Below, piece after piece: positions 60,001-64,000 of a stretch of DNA of 64,000 nt. The translations under genes and the position numbers were made by a program. Position 1 is the first letter of the stretch. Every line of letters begins with the position of its first letter. The DNA comes from Verrucomicrobiota bacterium. Lineage in GTDB: Bacteria > Verrucomicrobiota > Verrucomicrobiia > Limisphaerales > JAJOIW01. Location: positions 1,520-65,519 of the forward strand of contig JAJOIW010000057.1 in assembly GCA_021209225.1 (NCBI GenBank). Reading direction: 5' to 3'. Below the pieces are notes generated by a model. The model saw only the letters and a list, made by a program, of their open reading frames with translations, was not told the DNA's origin and ran no database searches.

Positions 60001-62306
60001 TTGTCGTCTCCATCGCGAAAATTGCAGCCGCTCCGGACGATCTCATCGGGTACTGGTCATTCAATGAGTCGGATGGCTATATTGCTTCAGATTCATCCAA
60101 TTATAAAAACGATGGTCAGCTGAAGAATTATTCGAGTCCGACGAGTCAGTGGGTCAGTGGCCAGATTGGGAATGCACTCGCCTTTGGTGGGCCTGCATCT
60201 GAGGAATATGTCCTGGTTCCGGATTACCCGCAGGTGACAACCGAAATGTCAGCCAGTGTCTGGATCTGGACAGCCAGCTATCAGAATCACGCCACAATTA
60301 TAAAAAACTGGGGTGAAGGATTAACCGGGCAGTTCCATTTCGATCTGGGCGAGGATGGGGATGACCCGACCGTCACTATTGGCCAACCGGATAGCACCCC
60401 TCCTCTGGAGCCAGTGAATTATATTCCCGGCAGTGGTGGCACAATTCACAAAATGGCCATAAAAACCAACCCAGGCACGGGTGGTTCCGTGGTGAGCGCT
60501 ATTGATCCTATCCCTTTAAGCTCCTGGCAGCATTATGCCATGGTTGCTGATGGCACTGATGTGATTCTCTATCACAATGGGGTTCCCATTTCTTCCACTC
60601 CCTACAATGGACAATTCAATGCCACCCAGGTGAATGCCTTGGGCATTGGTGCAAAGCTGGATGATTTCGGCAGTGGAGCAGCTATTGAGACACCTGGGTA
60701 TTTTGAGGGACGCATGGATGATCTGGCACTGTGGAGCAGAGCATTGAGCCCCAGTGAGGTCATGGACATCTATACAAATGGATTGAATGGAGAAGCCATA
60801 CTTGGTGAGGTGAGTGTGGCGCAACGTCCCTCGGTTATAACTCCGCCACAGTCATTGGTGGTATCCCTTGGGCAGCAGGCCATCTTTTCTGCTGAGTTCA
60901 GTGGATCATCCCCTGTTATAGTTCAGTGGTATAAGGATGGTGTTCCGATCAGTGGGGAGAATCGGAATACATTAACCATCCAGAATGCACAGGAAAGCCA
61001 CATTGGAAATTACCACGTTCAGATCACGAACCAGGCTGGGGTAGCCATTTCATCCACGGCACAGTTGGACGTTATAGACATGTCGCAACTCGATCAACTG
61101 TTGACGGCGTATTGGAGGTTGGATGAAACCGATGGGTTGCTCTCGGTCGATGACGCGAATAGTGGATATACAGTGGGCATCACGAATGGGAGTGGCCTGA
61201 ATGTATGGGGCGAGGGAGTGCTGGATGGGGCTCTGAAACTTCAGGGAAACTCTGCCGGGGACTATGGAATTGTGCCTGTATGGAACCAGGCTACGGATTC
61301 TCTGACTGTATCCGCGTGGATTCGAGCCAATACATTAACGACAAACGGAAGCATTATACGCAATTGGGGAGATACGGACGCCACTGGATGGTTCAGTCTG
61401 GGATTTTCCGGTGATTTGCCCCGTATTTCCAACACGACCGCATTCAGTGAAGGTGAAATTTCGTTGGTCTCGGACAGAGACATAGCGGTGGATCGCTGGT
61501 ATCACATCGTCATGATTGTCAGCCCGACAGTTTCCGCTCTGTATCAGGATGGGGAACTCGTTGCGGAAGGACCCGGTGGCACTTTGATTTCAAATCCGCA
61601 TGAATACATCGGCATGGGGTGCCGCCCGGATGATTTTGGCAACCTGTCCACCGTCTTTCCGCAAATTTTTGATGGGAATATAGATGACGTGGGGATCTGG
61701 TTGCGCGATCTGTCCAGTTTGGAGATCAGCACACTGCATACTCAGGGACGCCGTGGGCAATCACTCGGCCGCATGATTGGCCGGATTCCAGTACATATTA
61801 CAAAACAGCCAGATTCCATCAGGACCGTGGTTGGATTACCGCTGGCCCTGAGTGTGGAAACACATGGGCCCAATGTTTCCTATCAGTGGTTTAAAAATGG
61901 GAGTATACTTCCAAACCAGATCGAATCCACCCTATCTATAGAAAGTCTGAAGCAAAGTGACGAAGGGCAGTATCAGGTCATGGTGAGCAATATCGCTGGC
62001 CGCCGTTTCAGTCAGGTGGCTGTGGTTGAGATTATCAGTAATTCCACCTTGAGTCAGGGAGTTGTCGGATACTGGCCATTCAATGAATCATCCGGGAAAA
62101 ATGCTCAGGATTATTCCGGATCGGGTCGGCATGGAAAACTTCATGGCTACCTGTCCGACACCACTCAATGGCTCACCGGTCAGGTTGGCAATGCCCTCGA
62201 TTTCGGTGGAGCATTCACTCAGCAATTTGTCCTGGTGGAGGATTTCACCAAGCCTGAAACGTCCTATACCATCTCTGCATGGATCAAACCCCGGACCCTG
62301 GACTAG
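56979..62306 (+). CDS. giant surface protein B, segment 2: C-type lectin, GxPxGAxLSHG modules, jelly roll, LamG/Ig/LamG/Ig/LamG
   Basis: The frame is open from 56910 and continues segment 1 (ASVEVYQSLLRRVAY...). LSWVEAERLAASKKYLGLQGYLATV...AWIGATDTSTDKSWRWVTG. Colinear with A segments 3-4. Confidence 0.8.
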   Translation: MAYCHVDFTKAPATTHKFILSLGSAISMNFSPGSTAPRFYELYHRQGGLSWVEAERLAASKKYLGLQGYLATVTAETENQLLYLLFAFPKAWIGATDTSTDKSWRWVTGPEGREDGRQGRWFFQQNGIPEANHLQGAVGGNPVNSQYSSWDGSEPNSYAPTQPEDYAYMSGSGMWADAELFGDGQVDHYLVEYGGLPGDSSSSGLYAELELRLQVVDEDYDGILDVDDACAGTPLGTPVDFEGCPLPQLIAQNAMGIMETAIPLTISFASETQPDNIRIFGLPDGSILNYGYETRAGFWIVPSTNLAGLAVIPPAGFSGDVTLTVAAPAKNQFTWAENGTFDRKDQYLATIPTYGQTATASDITVRSFLKKQPADNEYTIANFNSWRKWIYDVDEPYFGHFALFDLEVPGPLIDAPIDNLIAGETYEVSFWLGNVNSEAQTRTSPLVIQAGFVREDGFVLEYDASALPGYIPLSNSWQDRWQHHGFLTTPDTSGTLRLQIVNNSPVLGVGNDLALDTIGVRRLVTAQMTLTVLGQEIQASGSAGFNTELLPITIATGNITSNRPFLILGVPSGAELSHGTRIKPGIWVVAAEHIHHLSILVARGYTGFFDLKAVQLGYNESVTGRDLGQLSTLEIGDKTLQSLNRNIVARTDGEVVFGPDGTPIVVTYPSLNPDIITTAIADAVESIYEIHQAAYLTLHENRDHQYNHNSLLTWGYADQFVFTRDMSEIELMVAVGQAQTRVEQALATFMTTFVLVGLGQYPAEWPLRNLPVISSDFWAPEGGVLAKGVTPLSLRPSDTPGGIRQAHGDVVITHFSETLNIEPDTDYIVTVSIKNTGPSALISLDVSFDGTSVLTSSGINNDGNWQVFVAEWNSGSATSKDVTLTTTGPVGHDVNIVFGEIDCSEQISAVAAMEAISADDIAPVAVSTVIQTDGVTPIPVDVVGLSYDNEGLIDPTSVVIVEAPGNGSVSIDPTTGVITYTSTAGLKPDEMGYVLSDMVGNVSNVGRIVVSIAKIAAAPDDLIGYWSFNESDGYIASDSSNYKNDGQLKNYSSPTSQWVSGQIGNALAFGGPASEEYVLVPDYPQVTTEMSASVWIWTASYQNHATIIKNWGEGLTGQFHFDLGEDGDDPTVTIGQPDSTPPLEPVNYIPGSGGTIHKMAIKTNPGTGGSVVSAIDPIPLSSWQHYAMVADGTDVILYHNGVPISSTPYNGQFNATQVNALGIGAKLDDFGSGAAIETPGYFEGRMDDLALWSRALSPSEVMDIYTNGLNGEAILGEVSVAQRPSVITPPQSLVVSLGQQAIFSAEFSGSSPVIVQWYKDGVPISGENRNTLTIQNAQESHIGNYHVQITNQAGVAISSTAQLDVIDMSQLDQLLTAYWRLDETDGLLSVDDANSGYTVGITNGSGLNVWGEGVLDGALKLQGNSAGDYGIVPVWNQATDSLTVSAWIRANTLTTNGSIIRNWGDTDATGWFSLGFSGDLPRISNTTAFSEGEISLVSDRDIAVDRWYHIVMIVSPTVSALYQDGELVAEGPGGTLISNPHEYIGMGCRPDDFGNLSTVFPQIFDGNIDDVGIWLRDLSSLEISTLHTQGRRGQSLGRMIGRIPVHITKQPDSIRTVVGLPLALSVETHGPNVSYQWFKNGSILPNQIESTLSIESLKQSDEGQYQVMVSNIAGRRFSQVAVVEIISNSTLSQGVVGYWPFNESSGKNAQDYSGSGRHGKLHGYLSDTTQWLTGQVGNALDFGGAFTQQFVLVEDFTKPETSYTISAWIKPRTLD

Positions 62307-63073
62307 ACGCTACTATTGTCAAGAACTGGGGAGATGCCTCATCCTTGGATCCGGTCAGCTCCATGGGGCAATTCCAGTTTGGATTGGCTTCCATGAGTGG
62401 GGAAGTATCTGTCGTTATTCCGGCCGACCCAACGACGACAGCCACTGTTAATGCCCGCGACACGGGCAATCCACTGCCTGTGGATGAATGGTCCCACCTG
62501 ATGGTGATACATACTGGTTCCAGCCTGAATCTCTATCGCAATGGACGATTGGTCCGCAGCCAGCCAACAGCATACATCCACTCGAACCCCCTCATTCCAT
62601 CTCTGGGAATTGGGGCTCGACTCGACGATCTCCAGACCCATCCGGCATGGGATCAGTCCTTCTGGAACGGATTAATTGATGAACTCACTATATGGAATCG
62701 CAATCTGACCGATGAAGAACAGTGGGCAGTATATCAGCTCGGAACAAATAAAACCGGATTGTCGGATGTCATTCCAGCATTTGTACCGCAATCATTCAAA
62801 GCAGTACCGGAATCAGACAGCCAACCACTTTCTCAGCCCAGGAGCGACATGATTCACACCCATCTTGTCGTGAACCGGAAAGCAGACATGCTTGAGATTC
62901 GTTGGTTTGGAGGCACCGCACTCGAATCAACCGGGGATTTGAATTCGGGAAATTGGAAAGTTGTGCAGGACTCTGACGGTTCTCACGAAACTGTCTATTT
63001 ATTGGAAATAAATAAATTGGAGAATTCAGGTCAGTTTTTCCGGGTCCGGGTTCCTGGAGCAGGAAGCCAATGA
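62279..63073 (+). CDS. giant surface protein B, segment 3: end of the last LamG + C-terminal W...FFRV module
   Basis: DATIVKNWGDAS...GQFQFGLAS continues the LamG interrupted at 62304-62306. Ends ...SGQFFRVRVPGAGSQ. Confidence 0.8.
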   Translation: MDQTPDPGLDATIVKNWGDASSLDPVSSMGQFQFGLASMSGEVSVVIPADPTTTATVNARDTGNPLPVDEWSHLMVIHTGSSLNLYRNGRLVRSQPTAYIHSNPLIPSLGIGARLDDLQTHPAWDQSFWNGLIDELTIWNRNLTDEEQWAVYQLGTNKTGLSDVIPAFVPQSFKAVPESDSQPLSQPRSDMIHTHLVVNRKADMLEIRWFGGTALESTGDLNSGNWKVVQDSDGSHETVYLLEINKLENSGQFFRVRVPGAGSQ

Positions 63074-63126
63074 TCATGAACCATTTTATAGGAATCGTCA
63101 TTAAACAATTTTTAGTAGGATAAACG

Positions 63127-64000
63127 ATGAAACGAATATTGAGAAAGATATTGCCTGCCATCCTGGTTGTGATGGCAGGCATGGATGTTGGGGGAGTGCC
63201 ACAAATAACAAATCCTCCAACAGCACCAGTTGTGGTGAATGAAGGTCAGGTTCTTTCATTGATCGTCGGGGCACAAGGCCAAGGCACGCTTCAATATCAA
63301 TGGTTTAAAAATGAAGCAATCCTGTCCGATGCGGTCTTTCCAAACCTGGATTTTTTTCCGTTAAAGTTGTCCGATAGTGGGCGCTACCATGTCGTTGTGA
63401 CAGATGAGACGGGATTCACCAAAAGTAGCCCGGTTATTCTTAGGGTGGCACCGGCATCCAGCCTGAAGATAGTGACCCAACCTGGGGATCTGACTGTTCA
63501 GGAGGGAGCAAACACGTCTTTGAGTGTGAGCGTCATCACCTCCGGGACACCCCAGTATCAATGGTATCAGAACGATATACCCATCGCTAATTCAAATAGT
63601 CCCATACTCAGTCTGTCATCCATCCGGTTAAAGCAATCGGGAACGTATTATGTTGAGGTGACTGATTCTGTCTCGACGGTCACGAGTGAGAAGGCAGAAG
63701 TGACGGTGCTGCCAGGGGCCATCCAAATAGTGGATCAGATAGCTGATCAACTTCTTCATGCAGGTCAAAGTGTCACCTTGTGGGTGGACATTGTCATGCA
63801 GGAGCCTGTTGCACTTCAATACCAATGGTTTAAAGATGGATCCCCAGTTACTTTTGCGAACAAATCCACCTTGACCATCAACGCATTTTCCGTGGCCAAC
63901 GAAGGGCAGTATGTATTGAAAATCAAGGCACCAGATGCTCAATTGGAATCCGATCCAATCAAGTTGGAACTCAACAGGCAGGGCATATTCATAACACGCA
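63127..64000 (+). CDS. Ig-like (I-set-type) repeat protein with a signal peptide, 3'-partial (runs off the window)
   Basis: Hand translation from the ATG at 63127: MKRILRKILPAILVVMAG... gives at least three roughly 90-aa modules with YQWFKNE / YQWYQND / YQWFKDG and G(R/T/Q)Y.V.V. There is no stop before 64000, and the ORF is absent from the supplied track. Confidence 0.75.
   Translation, partial: MKRILRKILPAILVVMAGMDVGGVPQITNPPTAPVVVNEGQVLSLIVGAQGQGTLQYQWFKNEAILSDAVFPNLDFFPLKLSDSGRYHVVVTDETGFTKSSPVILRVAPASSLKIVTQPGDLTVQEGANTSLSVSVITSGTPQYQWYQNDIPIANSNSPILSLSSIRLKQSGTYYVEVTDSVSTVTSEKAEVTVLPGAIQIVDQIADQLLHAGQSVTLWVDIVMQEPVALQYQWFKDGSPVTFANKSTLTINAFSVANEGQYVLKIKAPDAQLESDPIKLELNRQGIFITR

Noticed and set aside
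36053-63073. Classifying the giant proteins as RTX/T1SS adhesins.
   Set aside because: The acidic repeats are DxDxDGxxD (TSP3-like), not GGxGxD nonapeptides. The C-termini carry the W...FFR(L/V) module rather than an RTX secretion signal. No ABC, MFP or TolC genes are adjacent. N-terminal signal or anchor sequences suggest Sec-dependent export.
1-64000. CRISPR arrays, rRNA genes, toxin-antitoxin pairs and known anti-phage defence genes.
   Set aside because: I found no regularly spaced short direct repeats, no rRNA-like sequence, and no nuclease, ATPase or small-gene pair architecture typical of these systems among the ORFs. The scan was by eye only, so short or degenerate arrays could be missed.

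Overview
This is a 64-kb chromosomal segment, most likely from a PVC-superphylum (Verrucomicrobiota/Planctomycetota-like) bacterium. That assignment is inferred from a DUF1559-type prepilin N-terminus and a Pirellula/Verrucomicrobium-type dehydrogenase-HEAT-cytochrome c protein. Positions 1-35.5 kb carry housekeeping and metabolic genes: a beta-CASP MBL hydrolase, sufE, trpA, coaX, birA, nadC and a cupin. They also hold a four-gene operon (eda, PQQ-type sugar dehydrogenase/cytochrome c, octaheme cytochrome, 4-TM protein), tRNA-Pro(GGG) and a repeat lipoprotein with a peptidoglycan-binding domain. The remaining genes are nadE, uxaC + uxaE-like, murJ, a Y1 (HUH) transposase-like gene, an O-antigen-ligase-like/TPR protein and leuC. 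Positions 36-64 kb are dominated by two tandem paralogous giant surface-protein genes, about 16.2 kb and 10.2 kb once frame breaks are bridged. They combine L-type lectin-like, C-type lectin, LamG, PA14/fibro-slime, Ig-like, jelly-roll and TSP3-like Ca-binding modules, and are followed by a partial Ig-repeat gene. At least 10 firm reading-frame breaks split otherwise intact genes, including murJ and birA, and three of them sit in 8-nt homopolymers. Sequencing indels are the leading explanation. No rRNA, CRISPR array, prophage or recognisable defence system was seen. All family calls come from motif recognition by eye; no database search was run.
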